A stretch of DNA of 63,982 nt, filler included, from Phoronis australis (Eukaryota; Animalia; Phoronida): the NCBI GenBank assembly GCA_002633005.1. It is 6 parts of 6 records of this genome, joined end to end, with 100 filler letters (N's around TTAATTAATTAA, not from the genome) between each part and the next. Parts side by side here need not be neighbours in the genome. Positions count along the whole stretch, not along the records: positions 38,610 to 60,254 come from NMRA01001407.1; 5 more parts are not named here. One strand, given 5' to 3'. Under the pieces are notes generated by a model, which saw only the letters and a program-made list of their open reading frames with translations, did not search any database and had not been told where the DNA came from. The translations under genes and the position numbers were made by a program. Positions 38,610 to 52,124 of the stretch are shown one piece after another. Numbering within the stretch: the first letter of the stretch is position 1; the number at the start of each line of letters is the position of its first letter.

Positions 38610-38780
38610 TGACGAGAGCGCCAATGACTAGAATGTTTCCCAGGATGCCTATAACTATCATGGCCGACAGCACGACTATCTCCACATAGACTTTGACCAT
38701 GTTGGCATGTGTTGGATGTGCAGGCAAACTTTGAAGAACTTTGAATTCTGTTGTAGCTATGCTTGTTATGCTAGCGTCAC
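38610..38780 (-). CDS. Class A (rhodopsin-like) GPCR, N-terminus and TM1, truncated by the linker
   Basis: cag|..DASITSIATTEFKVLQSLPAHPTHANMVKVYVEIVVLSAMIVIGILGNILVIGALV; hydrophobic helix with the GxxGNxLVI TM1 signature. Confidence 0.8.
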
Positions 38781-41034
38781 CTGTTGGGGATTACAAAAAC
38801 TCATGGGTGGTAAAAACTCAACACATTTCATATTAAGCAAATAATTGCCAGAATTGTCCTTTTTAATTTTTTGTTATGAATAGAATCGAATTTTCCAAAT
38901 TTTTGCCAGACGTTGGCATATTGGACAAAACAGGAATGTGGTGAGGCATCGGCTTGGTGAAACTTTTGTGGAAAAAATATTATTAAGAAAATAAAACTTA
39001 CTTATCTGGCACATTGTGAAAAGGTGACTGTTGTTTCTTACGTGCGTTATCTAATTTTACAGATTCTGTTTATTAAATATCCAAGGCCTGTGATGTAATC
39101 TTTATATTGAACACGTGACTAAGAAATTGACGGTGGCATGGCATGTTTTGAGTAAACTTACAAATTTGTAGTCAACATGAAACGAGGGGTAAAACTTTGA
39201 CTCTGAGTTCTGAGATCGTGCTGCGACCTTGATTACACGTGTGCAGAGCCACCTGTTGTATCTGTTCACAATGAACTGAACTTTAATTTTTATTTAGATG
39301 ACTGATTTTTATTAGTTCGCAAAAGTAAATATTGGAAACATGGATAGCGGTACGAGAAATGATTAAATAATGTTGACGAAAGCACAGGCATAAAAACAGA
39401 AAGCACAAATTAGTAAATCTAGGTGCAAAAATGATGATTATAAATTAAATAAGGATGAAAGACAGAAATAGCAAAAGAAGAAAAGTTTTAGTAACAATAT
39501 AACATGGACCATACACACACACTTTCACACACTCATGATTTATCTCAAACTGTATATCATGTGTTGTGTTTAACACTATACATTAAGTGTTTCAACAAAA
39601 TGATAACCACATGTCCACCTGCTCATGAAAACATTTACAGCTTAGATCAAAATATGGAGAAGGGAAATTCCAAAATAATGTAAATTCCCCCAAAAATATA
39701 ATATCAATACTTCTTAAATGTAAACATGTGGAAACACTCATTCAGTGTGTCTCTTGTTGACAAACACCAACCTTGTAATGTAAAGGTGACAGTGGCATTA
39801 TATCGTATAGACTAGGTTAATGCCGTCTAATCTCTGTTCTTGCCTATTAATGCCCGAGTTGAAACAAGGTTCAGTGTCTTTTTGAAGTTTAGTTGAACAG
39901 TGTATCTCCAAACACTTCTTAGTATTGCGAAAACATGGCTTTGAATTTAATATTATCTGACCATGAATCCTGATCTAAAACACCAGTATCCTAACTCTGT
40001 AAGCTAAGGAGTTTGGAAAAAGGTTTGTAATAATCAAATTATTCACAGTATTCACTGGCTTTGTCACAAATAAGCGGTCGAAGAGCAAGGAGAAATTGCG
40101 CAGAAAGAAGGAGAAAATCGTTTGAAAATTAGCCATAAATTCTCACATCAAAGTTTTGCTGATTATTGATAAGAAATATGGTTACCTTTTTGAAAGTTGC
40201 TGTAGACCCACTATTTTGTTACGTCCACTAGCCTTGATAATACAACTCACTTAATTTTCTGTGTTCCACTCTAAACTTGTAGTCTTGTAACTCCTCCCCT
40301 GTACTGCCACTCTGTGAGCCCACGTCTTCATGTCTGTTGGTTCCAGTTGATTGACAGCGTACTTATGTACCACGCAACACAGACAGCTCTCGAATGACTA
40401 TAAGTTAGAAGATGCCCAAGCGAGCTTAATTGCTGCTGACAATTCAGATGGTTTTAGCAGATTTCTGCCAGTCTGCATGTCTGCTTGTTTTACCATCATC
40501 AAGTACATGTACGCGACCATTTGAAATCATGCCCAAATTCATGACCTTGTACCTAGTTTTCATAAAAAATATAAACCTCAAGTTATTAAAGAAAAATGAA
40601 ATCCTGAAATCAAGCTCCATTGTAAACAACTATACAGGAGAACTGCAGCAGTGCCTCCATTGCAAAGAGTCATTACTTCTAATATCTTTGGATATTAAAT
40701 TTCCATGAAGCCGTTTTATTTTCAGCGTCCTCGATGATGATGAAAACATTAACATTCCGTAGAGAGATCTTCATTTTTACTGCGTGTCGTTTCTTATAGC
40801 CGGATTACCGTCCATATTTGCTTTAACACCCCTAAATATTTCATTTTTAAAGAACCATTTTCAGCTTCGTGAACACCTCCATTTTATATTGCCACTTAGC
40901 AAAATAATTTACTGCTACGAGGAACTAGCATTTGTTTTGAAATTCTCTAGAATTGTTTCAGACAAAAGAACGCTATTTAAAAGATGTTGCCTTATGTGTG
41001 TGTGTAATTATGTACTAAGTTTTTTTGTTTTTAG

Positions 41035-41095
41035 ACCCGGTCTGTGGCATAAAGCAAAGAAGGTGAATATTACTGCTGGACAAACAGACATCAAG
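41035..41095 (+). CDS. UBR4: E3 ubiquitin ligase UBR4 (p600), exon 1 of 11 in window
   Basis: tag|PGLWHKAKKVNITAGQTDIK|gtatg; matches UBR4 WHKAKKV. Confidence 0.93.
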
Positions 41096-41892
41096 GTATG
41101 TTGAATGGGACGGATCTCCTGTTAGGGTCTCTTATCACTTGTTGTTACAGTGAAATTTTTTTTTATATTAGGGACAAAGTTCTGTTTACAAGCAAAATTT
41201 TATTTCTGTTTCTGTTGACAAAGAACGTTGTTACATCGGAAAATTTCAGTCGATCCATTCTTGTTGTTTTATTTACCTATTTATATTCGTCATCGAAAGC
41301 AAATTTTTATGAAATTTGATAACTTTTAACAAGGTGTGGCCAAAGCATTCACCAAAGTTTGAGCATTTGATGCTATTAAAAATTTTTGGTAAAAATGGCA
41401 ATTAATTTTTTTTATTAAAAAAGAAATGGTAAAACTGCCACTTTGAAAGAGTAAAATAACCAACACGCTTTAGGGGAGTTGGGTTTGACACCAGTATGTG
41501 TTTGTTAGGTCTAGTTTGAAAGGTTTGATTGGATACGTGTGTTTCTTGACTGCACATCCAGTACTTGCATGGGAGTCAAGCAACAAACGTTTTGAACCTT
41601 TCTTCTGCGACACATTACATGTGTATGTTCAAGGTTTCTGTCCGTAGAACTGGAATATGCAATTATACTCATTAACACTTCCCGCGCACATAACGACGGA
41701 AGTACGACACAAATTACATGCAAAGCAGAACGCAAATTGCAAGCAAATTGGCAAATGGCTGTAAATGTTACCTTAATGATGTCTTGAGACTGGCTCTGTA
41801 CAAAAGCACGTCCGAACAGTATGACAATATTCATGGCAGTGCCCAAACATGGCATATTACCCGGGTTTGGCCTCAGCGACCTGAGCGCGCTC

Positions 41893-42178
41893 AACCATTC
41901 ATAAACAAAATAGTATTCACACTAAGTACTCTACCATTCATAAACAAAACAGTAAATTTAACAATAAGTACTCGACCATTCATATTATACAAAATAGTAT
42001 TCACAGTAAGTACTCTACCATTCGTAAACAAAACAGTAAATTTAACAATAAGTACTCGACCATTCATAAACAATATAGTATTCACAGTAAGTACTTTACC
42101 ATTCGTAAACAAAACAGTAAATTTAACAATAAGTACTCGACCATTCATAAACAAAATAGTATTCACAGTAAAGTACCC
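41893..42178. repeat. 81-bp dimeric minisatellite (39+42 bp subunits)
   Basis: Alternating ccattcataaacaaaatagtattcac.. and ccattc..aaacagtaaatttaacaataagtactcga. Confidence 0.9.
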
Positions 42179-42302
42179 ATAGTACAATGCATAGGTAAGG
42201 CAGAGCTAACCTCATTCGCATGTTACTACACAGGAGGTATACACATTATTTCCATCTAATGATAATTTCACAGCTACCTGTAATTGCCTTGGTATTTTGT
42301 AG

Positions 42303-42481
42303 ATTGAGTTTCCACTGCCGATTGTGGCGTGTAACTTGATGATCGAGTACGCCGAGTTCTACGACAACTTTCAGGCGTCTGCTGAGACCCTGCAGTGTCC
42401 ACGTTGCAGTGCGTCTGTACCGGCCAACCCTGGGGTGTGTGGGAATTGTGGGGAAAATGTATTTCAGTGTCACAAATGCAG
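42303..42481 (+). CDS. UBR4: UBR4 exon 2 of 11
   Basis: [60 protein letters not shown]; AG/GT sites. Confidence 0.97.
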
Positions 42482-43397
42482 GTAGGTGGAGCCATGTGTA
42501 TTTGAATATGCCGATATCACTCAGGGGTTTATCATGACTGTTATGTAGTTTTAATGATCTAAGTCAGCGTTTTGTAAGAAAAGAATGGTGTTCTGGTCAA
42601 TAGTACAGAAGTGATTTGAAAGCTTGGCTCCACAACAAAAAGTCGGGTGTTTGGTGATGAATAAGTTTGATTATTCAGGGATTGAGTGATTGACATGCAG
42701 GCTGACAGTCTGTTAGTTTTAGGGAATGGGAGGAGCTATAATGGAATATGAATATGCATAGGTTGGCAAGTAGGCTGGTTGGCTGCTGGTGTAAGGACTG
42801 GTAGGAGGAGGAGCTACGATGGAAAATAAATGTAAATTGATTGACATGTAGGTTGATTACTGCTTGTGTAAGCAGTGGGTTTTTGCTATTCTTTATTTAA
42901 CCAGAAAACTCGTTTAGTGGTACAATTATAGAAAATAAACATTGACACCAGTTTCCCATGAGGCCCTGACAAACAAACACAACCGTCATCGACGAAAAGA
43001 GTAAGCAATTAGAAATATGCTGAAAGGAATGAACTTTCACTGTCAGAAACTGCACGTTATTACTTGTGCCGTGTGTGGCTATTGTCTCTTGAATGTCTTA
43101 TTGTCAGAGGACTACACATGTTATGTGTATGCATGGTGTACCTTCCAATGCCAAAACGAGGCTTGAACGGCATAGCACGGTCATCTCTGCCGGGCCAGTC
43201 GAGTTTGTATATACTTTTTGTGCAGCTTTTGTATGTATGGTCCCAAATCAGCTATTAAATGCTGAAACTCTGAGACGAGAGTGCAAGACCAGTCTGATAA
43301 TCACTGAGTCGCCGCAGTGTGTTGCACAGAACTAAAACTTGCCTTCAGATAACACTTTCCATGACTTCAAATTTTCTTCTTTTAAGAATATATATAT

Positions 43398-43796
43398 GTA
43401 AATAAAACAACAAGAATGAATCATCTAAAATTTTCGGGTATAATAACGTCCTTCATCAATAGAAATAAAGTAAAATCAAACACTATTTGACAATTGACAT
43501 TTAAGATGTGGCGTAATGCTGCGGAAATAATTAAATGAATCAAAAAGTTTTTATGTTTAATCCATGAGGTTCTAGATAGACAAGCTCAATACACTAGAAC
43601 CTCATGGATTAAACATAAAAACCTCTTAAATTATATCAATTAATTATTTCCTCAACAATGTATCATATTCATTACGCCACATCTTAAATGTCAGTTGTGA
43701 TATTAAGCTTGATTTTACTTTATTTCTGTTTCTGTTGACGAAGGACGTTATTGTATCCGAACATTTCAGTTGATCCATTCTTGTTGTTTTATTTAC
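43398..43796. mobile_element. ~400-bp foldback element (near-complete palindrome)
   Basis: Arms pair throughout, with centre ttttatgtttaatccatgaggttctag-loop-ctagaacctcatggattaaacataaaa. A partial copy lies at about 41200-41280. Confidence 0.8.
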
Positions 43797-45339
43797 CTTA
43801 AAGTTTATATATTCTACATTTCGTGAAACAATAGTATCCTTAAGAGGATCTAGATCGCCTTATTTAGTTTCAGATTTATTTTCTACGCTTCTTTTAAGAA
43901 GATTTTCTCTTTTTTGTTGTTTCACGTCGTATTTGTTATCCAGTTGCCTCTTTTTGCGTCTCTTTTTATCGTTAGTCTGACTTAATTTGTGCAAAAACGT
44001 TCATTTCACTTAAATTTTACAACACAGAAAATATTTCTGTCACACAAGCCTATGTGTTGAACAATACATCACGCGTATTTTTTTTCTTTTTTGTCATTGG
44101 TCATTCCAAGCACTTTACATTGACATTAACAACGAATACTTAATGAAGAATTCAGGTATCATTATAAAAACCTGCAAACGGTTTGAAAAAATGGCGTTAC
44201 TTTTGGTCTTTCTAAATTTGTGGAGTGGTCATGTGCGTTAGTTTTGAGCCGGCTGATTCTTCAATAATGTGTTCTCTCTCACAAAACTTTTATTACTCAA
44301 CACATTATCCTAATTGTTTACACTTCGTGTAATTTTTTGATGCGAATAGAAATTAGAGAAGTGAATATCTGATCATTTTACCTCAGCAAAGTTGTCAGTA
44401 TCTCTTAAAGTGTTCCGGGCCTCAACGGTTGCTTCTAGTCACTTTTTGTTCCAGAAAAAACATCTTTAGCGCTGTTTTGGAAACGTTGCTTCCTTCAAGT
44501 TGCTTTTTTCCACAAAATTCACCCATAAACACTGTTCCTTCCTTTTCTGGGTCCTTTGTTGTGGTGAGGGTTTAATTGGAAAGCCCAGTTAACGGTGTGT
44601 CCCTTGGGTTGTGCTCTAAATTGGGCAACTGACTTTTCTTTGTTAAGTGGAGTGAGAGTTATTTGATTGTGTTTCCTTTAATAGTCTGTAAGAGGAGATG
44701 CGGTTAGTGTCTGTCACATGCAAGTCTAGAGTTACAAATGGACCGTGTGTTCTACACTGTGGCATAAGTCTTATGTTGAGTTGACTGCAAATGAAAATTC
44801 TAGTAGACTGAACCAGTGTCACATTCGAACGCGATTCCTAGTTTACAGCTAATGAATCCAACAAAATGGCTGGCTGCTGGCAAACTGGATACAAGGTTGC
44901 ATTGATTTCACTAATTATTGGGCACCGGAAAATGAGAAGAAAATCGTGATAATAACCCTGATCACCTGCGTTCAACGTAGAGTGCATTTAGCGACAGTCT
45001 TTCCTCTTTTAATTAGAGAACAGGTCTTATCACTTTAGATGGAAATATTCACCAAAGGCACGACCGTAGACGATATTTTAACTACAATTTACAATAGACT
45101 ATCATTGGAAAAAATTTTAATGACTAGTTTGGTGCATGAATGTTGTTTTATGTACTAAGAGTTTGCAGTGCTCACCATCCATCATGTTAAAGTACAAGCC
45201 TCCTTTCAGAGAGAAATTAATATCCATGAGATCTATGTTATTATTTATCATGTATCAGTTTTGAGATGCTGCTGTTATGGTACATCTACTAAGTAGTAAT
45301 TATGAAATTAATATTCGGTAATCGACTACTGCTGAAAAC

Positions 45340-46270
45340 TGATTGGATTATAAATCCTGGAGCCCTATTTCTCTTCCCAAGTGTGCCATGAGTGGAATTT
45401 CTCAGACTGGTTGACAAGTGATACTTCCAGGCCTTGTCAAACTTTGCAGGGTTGCTAAAGCCTTATTAAGCAACACAGTGAACTTATCAGTCACAGCAGT
45501 GAGATAGTTCCAGCAATGTTTTTAGTCCCTCGTGACCAGCGTGCAGTCAAACTGGCACTAATGAGTGGTGGGATATGTGAACAATTCATCCACATGAATG
45601 TTCAACGTCTCCAAATTTCTGCGAATGAGGGAAATTGCTGTGAACTCCGCCCATCTTGGACACTAGAATTGAAAATCTGGTCAGACTAGTAAAAGATGCG
45701 GGATACTAGGTTTACTGCTAGATCCAGCTATTTGCATATTCAGTCCTTGACTGAATCAGGTCATAGGAGCAGTGAGAGCTCACATTACTCATGGGGAGTA
45801 AAGAAGATGTTAATATTTAATGGTCCAGATGGTCTTTTGCTGAACTGGATCAATCTTCCATTTCAAAACTGTCCAGTTCCGTGTACAATCTTGAAAATTC
45901 AATGAATCTCACCAACTTTGTCAATGAACGTTTCTGCAAGATTGTTGTCGTCTCTTAATTTGCGTAGCCCAGATCTGAAGGGAACAACTAAAACACTGCA
46001 TCCTTGCCTTGATGCCACATTCTACAAAATATGGTCAGAATTGTGATTCAATGTAATATAATTTAATATTAGTTCGTGACGGTGAAAATTCTCTTGCTAC
46101 AGGCTTGTTTGGTTTGGATGACTCAAATGTTTCCACTCTCACCTATTAGTCTTGTTCAACGAGTGTATTTTGTGGGCGTTATTACAGGGTGGATGACCCC
46201 ATTCTTGATCTGCGTCAACAAAGCACGCATAATCCAATCACAATGGAGAATGGTGTTTCAACTTTCTTAT
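45340..46270 (-). mobile_element. Heavily decayed CR1/L2-like LINE fragment
   Basis: Ordered remnants NLAETFIDKV, KRPSGPLNI (KAxGPDxI-like) and QIFNSSVQDG. Confidence 0.45.
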
Positions 46271-46442
46271 TTACTTCACTGTTCTGAAGGTATCCTGTTG
46301 TCGCAACTATTTCCTTTCGTTTTATAAAATCTCTTTTGGTGTGGACTGTGAATTTGGCAATAGGTTGTCATTGAAGAATTGATTAACCCCTTGTAGTTGC
46401 TTGAAGACCTCGTATTAAGTTGTGTTGTCTTTTTCATTCCAG

Positions 46443-46581
46443 ATCCATCAACTACGACGAGAAGGACCCGTTCCTGTGCAATGCCTGTGGCTTCTGCAAG
46501 TACGCCAAGTTTGACTTCACCTTGACCGCCCGGCCCTGCTGTGCAGTCGACCCTATTGAGAACGAAGAAGATCGCAAGAAG
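46443..46581 (+). CDS. UBR4: UBR4 exon 3 of 11
   Basis: [46 protein letters not shown]. Confidence 0.97.
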
Positions 46582-47417
46582 GTGACTGGAGATTTTTGGA
46601 ATGTTGTACTGACAGTGATGGTGGTCATTACTGACACTTATGGTGAAGTGTCTTATGAGCAATGAAAGTTGGGAGTTTTCTCCCGACCTTTCAGCCTAGC
46701 TTCCTTACTGTTAGTAGTGGCGGACATTTTGTTAGAGAAAGGTGTATGCTTATTCTTAAACTATTAGTGACATCTTGTGTGATCTGTTATAACTAGTGCC
46801 TAACCTCACTGAGTCCATACCTGTTTCTACATGTCTGTGTATTTCTTTGGCGTGACTAACCAATGTCATGCTAATTCTGGTGTAGTGAGCGGTTGAAATG
46901 CTGGAAACTGGTGGGGCTATTATGTCCCCATCATTTCCATGTTTTTGTGGATCTCATCAGATTTTGTCTGAACAACAGTTATCTGGGTGACAGGATCGAC
47001 AGTCACTACTTGAACAGGCAGTGAGTTTGTAGTAGAATGATTATTTTGGGATGTTAGACAAATTTATCACTGGATCTATCAAGTTTTGCACGTAACAGAA
47101 ATACCCTAATTTGTTAAATGCCTTTTCATTATTGGCCTGGAGAATTGGCGTAGAGTTAGCTTGAACTTCAGTTGACAAGAGGGGTTAAACTGGAACCTCA
47201 ACAGACATGGGGTTAAACTGAAAATTTAATTTTCTTCCATATGACATAAGCTTCCATCTTTCACCAAACTGAGATCTGAAGACAAAATTTGTTAGTTTTA
47301 TTTCTTTTTTTAAGTGGTGTAATTGCACAATCCTTACTAAGGTATTTTTGATATAGCTGAGATGACTTAGTGATGTGACAATACTCCTCGTATAAGCTGC
47401 AACATGCCCTCTTTCAG

Positions 47418-47537
47418 GCCATTGCCACTATCAACACATTGCAAGAGAAGGCAGACCGCTTGTACCGACAACTTCATCTGAACAGGCCTGCACTGGAGGC
47501 TCTTTTGGTTAGGATCAACGAACAGAATTTGGACAAG
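47418..47537 (+). CDS. UBR4: UBR4 exon 4 of 11
   Basis: AIATINTLQEKADRLYRQLHLNRPALEALLVRINEQNLDK; phase 0-0. Confidence 0.95.
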
Positions 47538-48102
47538 GTAAATTATCAACAAAATCAGGCAAAATGACTAGGAATTCCCCATCACAACAGCACAGTCCAA
47601 GCGGAATTGACTGTCAGAATTACTGGAATAGGATAGTCCTTGATTACACCGTTACTCTTGAGTCTCACGGCGTTTACCCACAATGCTCTAACATCCGTCA
47701 AGCACTTCCCTTGCCTCGTTTTGACGCCATTGGAGTTACTTGTTGGTGCCATGCTTTTTTCAAAATTTTCTCCACTGCGTTACTGCTGTGTTGTTAACGT
47801 AGGTCAAATTAGGAATTAAAGGAAGGTTAGTCAGTCTCCTATTATAAGGCCTGGACACTGCAGACGGAGATTTACAAGGTCTACTCTCTTGCTCTAGTGA
47901 AGGCGTGAACATACAACAATTGAAGGATATAGCCGTGACTTTATTCAGATGTTCGCAACTTGATGTGAGCTGTCAGTTCAGCTGTTAACCATTTGAGTCA
48001 GTCAGCTGAGATGGTAGAGCTCCTGTTTGCAGTGTCCTTAAGAATTATTTTCTTGTTGGTATGGAATTTTCACTGTATTTTAAAGTTACGAAATGAGGAT
48101 GT

Positions 48103-51097
48103 TAGGCCATAGTCCCTGCTCTCCTATCTTTCACCTCCGTGGCTTCTTTCTGGGGGCAAGGGGAACTTTACATTAAAACCATCTACAAATGTTCAAAAGT
48201 CAATTTCAAAAAAGTTCCCAAGAATACACTTGCATGTTTAGTAACAATTTTATTTTAAAAGTTGGAAAATTTAGCCTAAACTAATATGTCAGCCACCAGG
48301 TGTCAGTGCAAAATGATCAGAACAGCCAATCAAATGCCAGGGAAATATTGTGTCCATATCTTTCCCATTCCCAAGTTTTCTGCTTCGTGAAAGCATTCAT
48401 TAGAGGACATTCAACTGATGTTATCCTGTTTGCTTGGCGAACTTGTTCGCAGCTTCTGTCTACATTGAAAAGTGTTAATTCTTGGGTGGGTGTGCTAGTA
48501 ATTGGCAATTACCAAGGCTCATACACCAGCAGGCAGTAGATTGGAATTGAGGAAAGCCAAGTCAAGTTGCAAGTGTCAACATACTGACATACATAGAATT
48601 CTTGGCATGTCCTGAATCGTTTTGTGCTTCCGCAAACAGTTTTGGGCCAGCTAGGGCTCTGCTGAAACCATGAATTATTGAATGAATGTGCGACTTCACA
48701 AGAGACTGCCATGATGTCTGCTCCTTGTTGCGTTCATGTCTCAGATTCTGTTCAAAATTCTGAGCTCCTGGAATTTTCAGATGTTACGTGGTCTAAGGCT
48801 ACTGCAAACAAATGAATCAGCATTGAGTGCAAGAAATGTATTATTGCTGAGAAGTTTTCGAGTTTTTGTGAAAACAACAGAGCTGTTCCATGACAATCAG
48901 TATTACAGGCACTTACAATGGATGTATCAAAAATCGAAACAGTTCTTAAAAAAGAAAAAAAACTAAGCTTATGAAGGAAACGATGTTGAACCAACTACAA
49001 AATGAAGGAGATTGTCACTGTCAGTTCCATTTAACAGTGCTCAAAGAAATGTATCTGTGTTGTCACCACAGTGTATCCATTTACCACAAATCCAAAGTCC
49101 ATCACAGAGAAGTTCACAAACAAAAGAAAACTTGAAAAGCTATCCCATCTCCAAACATTCACTTGTCAATTGGCTTACCTATTCTCAATTCGGAAAACCA
49201 TCATTTATGGTAAAAAATCTTTGGTTTAGGACAGAAAAAGAATTAGTTTGCTTGATAAATTTACAGTATTAGCTGTCCCAATCTCAATGGTACTGGCAGT
49301 AGTTTTTACCTATGTGTGAGTGATCAGCACTGCTCTTTATGAACTTCCAAGCCTATTTTCTGACCCTTTTATGTGAAAACATGATCCGTGTTTGGAATTT
49401 GAGAAATATAAAAATGCAAATATTGCCCATGCTCTGTTATTCATTATTTTGAAAATTCAAATGTTGCTCAGATTTCAGTGTCTCACATTTTGGAGATTCT
49501 TGAATTGGAGAATTTTTAGTGTAGGAAAAATTTTTCTCTTCCAATTATGTGCTATCTGTAACGAAAAGCGTCAAAAGAAATTTTAGCTCTAAGGTAAATA
49601 AGACGTTCTTCAATTTCACACAAAAACTGTTCTGTTGCCAAAATGACCATTCCTCTATTTTTAAAGGCTGAACTACGGTATTAAGGATGATAAAAAATTT
49701 TCTGTGTCTTAAATTGGCAACTGTACGGTGCAATCAATGCTAGTAATGTTGCTCATTTCTCTTAATGCTTACTTTTGCTGAGCACTTGACAAATTAAAAT
49801 TTCATTTGTTGGCCGTACTGTGCTGAGTGAAGAGCATTTTGGTTATTTGTTTTGTTAATAAAAAGGATTGCTGTAACCAGGCTGAAGTGTTTAGATGAAG
49901 GCTTCCAGAGATATTTTTTAAACTTTGTCATTAAAGTTGGGCTCAACATTATTTTGCGTTTCCTGGTGAACTCATGGAAGACACTGAACAGTTTATATGC
50001 AAGCTGTACGCCGACCCATCATCGACAGTTAACAAAGCACGCTATCACATATTCAGGTTGAAATCTGTGATGGAATCATCTCTGCCTCCTAATCGGGATT
50101 GTTTGCTGTCACATGTCAACAGAACAAACTACAAGTGTGCCTTTCCCAAACGAGCCTTGCAACAGCATGTCAGTGCACCATCTCCACTTGGTAACTGGTG
50201 ACTTTTGGAGTAGGGTTGTCTGAATTTCCATTGGATGACTCTGCCTTTAGCCCCAGAAAATGTCATGAAAAATGTTAATTGCTGTTGTAAAAAAGTGGTT
50301 GTAGTACAAAAGTGTGCTCTTGTTTGAAGTCGGGCATGCCATGTTCAAAGTTGTGTGACTGTTGAGATTGTGAACACGGTGTTTCAAGAAACAACTTTTG
50401 ATGACAATGATGATGAATATTAACAATGGAGTGGATGAACAAACATAAAAAGTGTGTGCTATGTTGTTTTAAAAAAACATTAAATTTGTAGCCTAATGTA
50501 AATTATTTACATTTTATCATGCTCGTGGATGTCGGGACCGAATGGTGTATTGTTCCCTGTGACAGTTGACATTGAACAGCATTGTGGATAATGATAATTG
50601 TGACAGTTAATGAAAGTGATGGCAGTGAATTCATTGCAGAAACGTTGGAAATGTATGTTGTTCGTTTGTAGGTTGTGATATCAAATGTTTGTCAAGTTTC
50701 ATATGGTTAAGAGGAGTTATTGTTCTGTAGTATGTTTTCTGGCCACCAGGAGACGCTGCTAAAAATTTCTATTCATCTTTTTTGAGAAATTTTCTACCTA
50801 ATGTCATAATATTTGTTGTCCAGTAACTTCAAATTAACAAAACCCAATCAAAATATCATTTAGTTTGGGTCTAGTGTTGTTGGTTTTTTAAGATTGGTTT
50901 TCTGTGTCAAATTTTGCAAAAAGTCAGATTTTTGAGGTCAAACTTCTCGAAAATGTGCAAGTCAAACCTTAGGAACCTTTTAGATTCTGCAAATATAGTA
51001 CTTAATGACCTTAAAAACGCCAAAATTATCTTGCCCCCAAAAATTAGCCACGGAAGTGATTTTCTTGGCTTCCTGGAGTTGAATGTACTATGGCCTA
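48103..51097 (+). mobile_element. AcademX deletion derivative in a UBR4 intron
   Basis: TGT|TAGGCCATAGT...ACTATGGCCTA|TGT (TAG termini, 3-bp TSD), with transposase C-terminal remnants inside. Confidence 0.85.
49974..50380 (+). pseudogene. AcademX transposase C-terminal remnant with Cys8 finger
   Basis: EQFICKLY..VNKARY..LPPNRDCLLSHVNRTNY..APSPLGNW..HWMTLPLAP..NCCCKK..CSTKVCSCLKSGMPCSKLCDC, with stops and a frameshift. Confidence 0.8.
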
Positions 51098-51394
51098 TGT
51101 GAGAATTAAATAACAGGAAGTCATTGTGTCTTGGTGTTACTCCATCATATGTTCATGGCACTGGACAAACTTTCAAACGGGACACACAATTTTCTGTCAA
51201 AGCCGAGCACCAGCTACAAAGCCAACTTAAACCATTGCACATATAAAATGTATTAAATTTCCTTGTGACAACTTTGTACTTTTGTTTTCATCATTTTACT
51301 GACACTTCTTTTCTTATGATCAATGTACTCCTGTCCAATACTTGAGTAGCTGTGTAGCCCTTAATGTTCAACGTACAAATCATGTCTTGAACAG

Positions 51395-51517
51395 GATGAC
51401 TTGACTGGCCCCACGCCTAGTGGTACAAGCAACGTCAACCGTGCTATCCAACAGATGGCGCTGAGATATAGCGGAGACTGCAAGTCAACCTTTGATGAAC
51501 TGAGCAAGGTCATACAG
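51395..51517 (+). CDS. UBR4: UBR4 exon 5 of 11
   Basis: DDLTGPTPSGTSNVNRAIQQMALRYSGDCKSTFDELSKVIQ. Confidence 0.95.
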
Positions 51518-51716
51518 GTGGGTGATGGGTATAGTTGGGTTAACTTGATTTGTACAGGTTGGCTATGGATATAGTCAGGTTAACTTGATTTTTACAGGAA
51601 TAGTCGGACGAAATTGATTTATTCTTAACGTATCCATTGAATTCCCCCTACGTGTGTCCTGTGGTGGACTATTTGATGATTCTTTCTTAGTTGTGTATTA
51701 CTCCTTCTACTCATAG

Positions 51717-51904
51717 CGTGTGCTGGCCAGCCGACGTGAACTGGTCGAATATGACCGTAAGGCCAAGGAGGCGGCGCTGGCCTCGATGGCTTCAATGACC
51801 CCATTGGCAACCCCAGATGTCAGCCCTCGTATGAGCAGTAACACGCTCTTCAACCTCATGTCGGTGCGCTCACTGTCAGTGGCCGAGGCAAGCAAACGTG
51901 ATAG
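51717..51904 (+). CDS. UBR4: UBR4 exon 6 of 11
   Basis: RVLASRRELVEYDRKAKEAA..SLSVAEASKRD; tag and gtgagc sites. Confidence 0.93.
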
Positions 51905-52049
51905 GTGAGCAATGCAAGTCTTGTAATGTATCTGTTGAGTGTTGCGCGGAAAACTCCACTTCATTTCGTATTCATCTTGTCTCCATCTCCCCGTTCATTC
52001 GACCCTTCCTTCGCCTCCTCCCGTTGCTCCTCCCTCCTTCCGTCGCTCA

Positions 52050-52124
52050 TCCCTCCCTCCCTCGTCCCTCCCTTCCTCGTCCCTCCCTTCCTCGTCCCTC
52101 CCTTCCTCGTCCCTCCCTTCGATG
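52050..52124. repeat. 15-bp pyrimidine-rich tandem repeat running into a gap
   Basis: Unit ccctcccttcctcgt. Confidence 0.9.

Noticed and set aside
41718-42187. Repeat-protein ORFs
   Set aside because: Stop-free translation of an 81-bp intronic minisatellite.
43257-43335. Possible hammerhead ribozyme or structured RNA
   Set aside because: CUGANGA and GAAA cores are not present in a valid arrangement.
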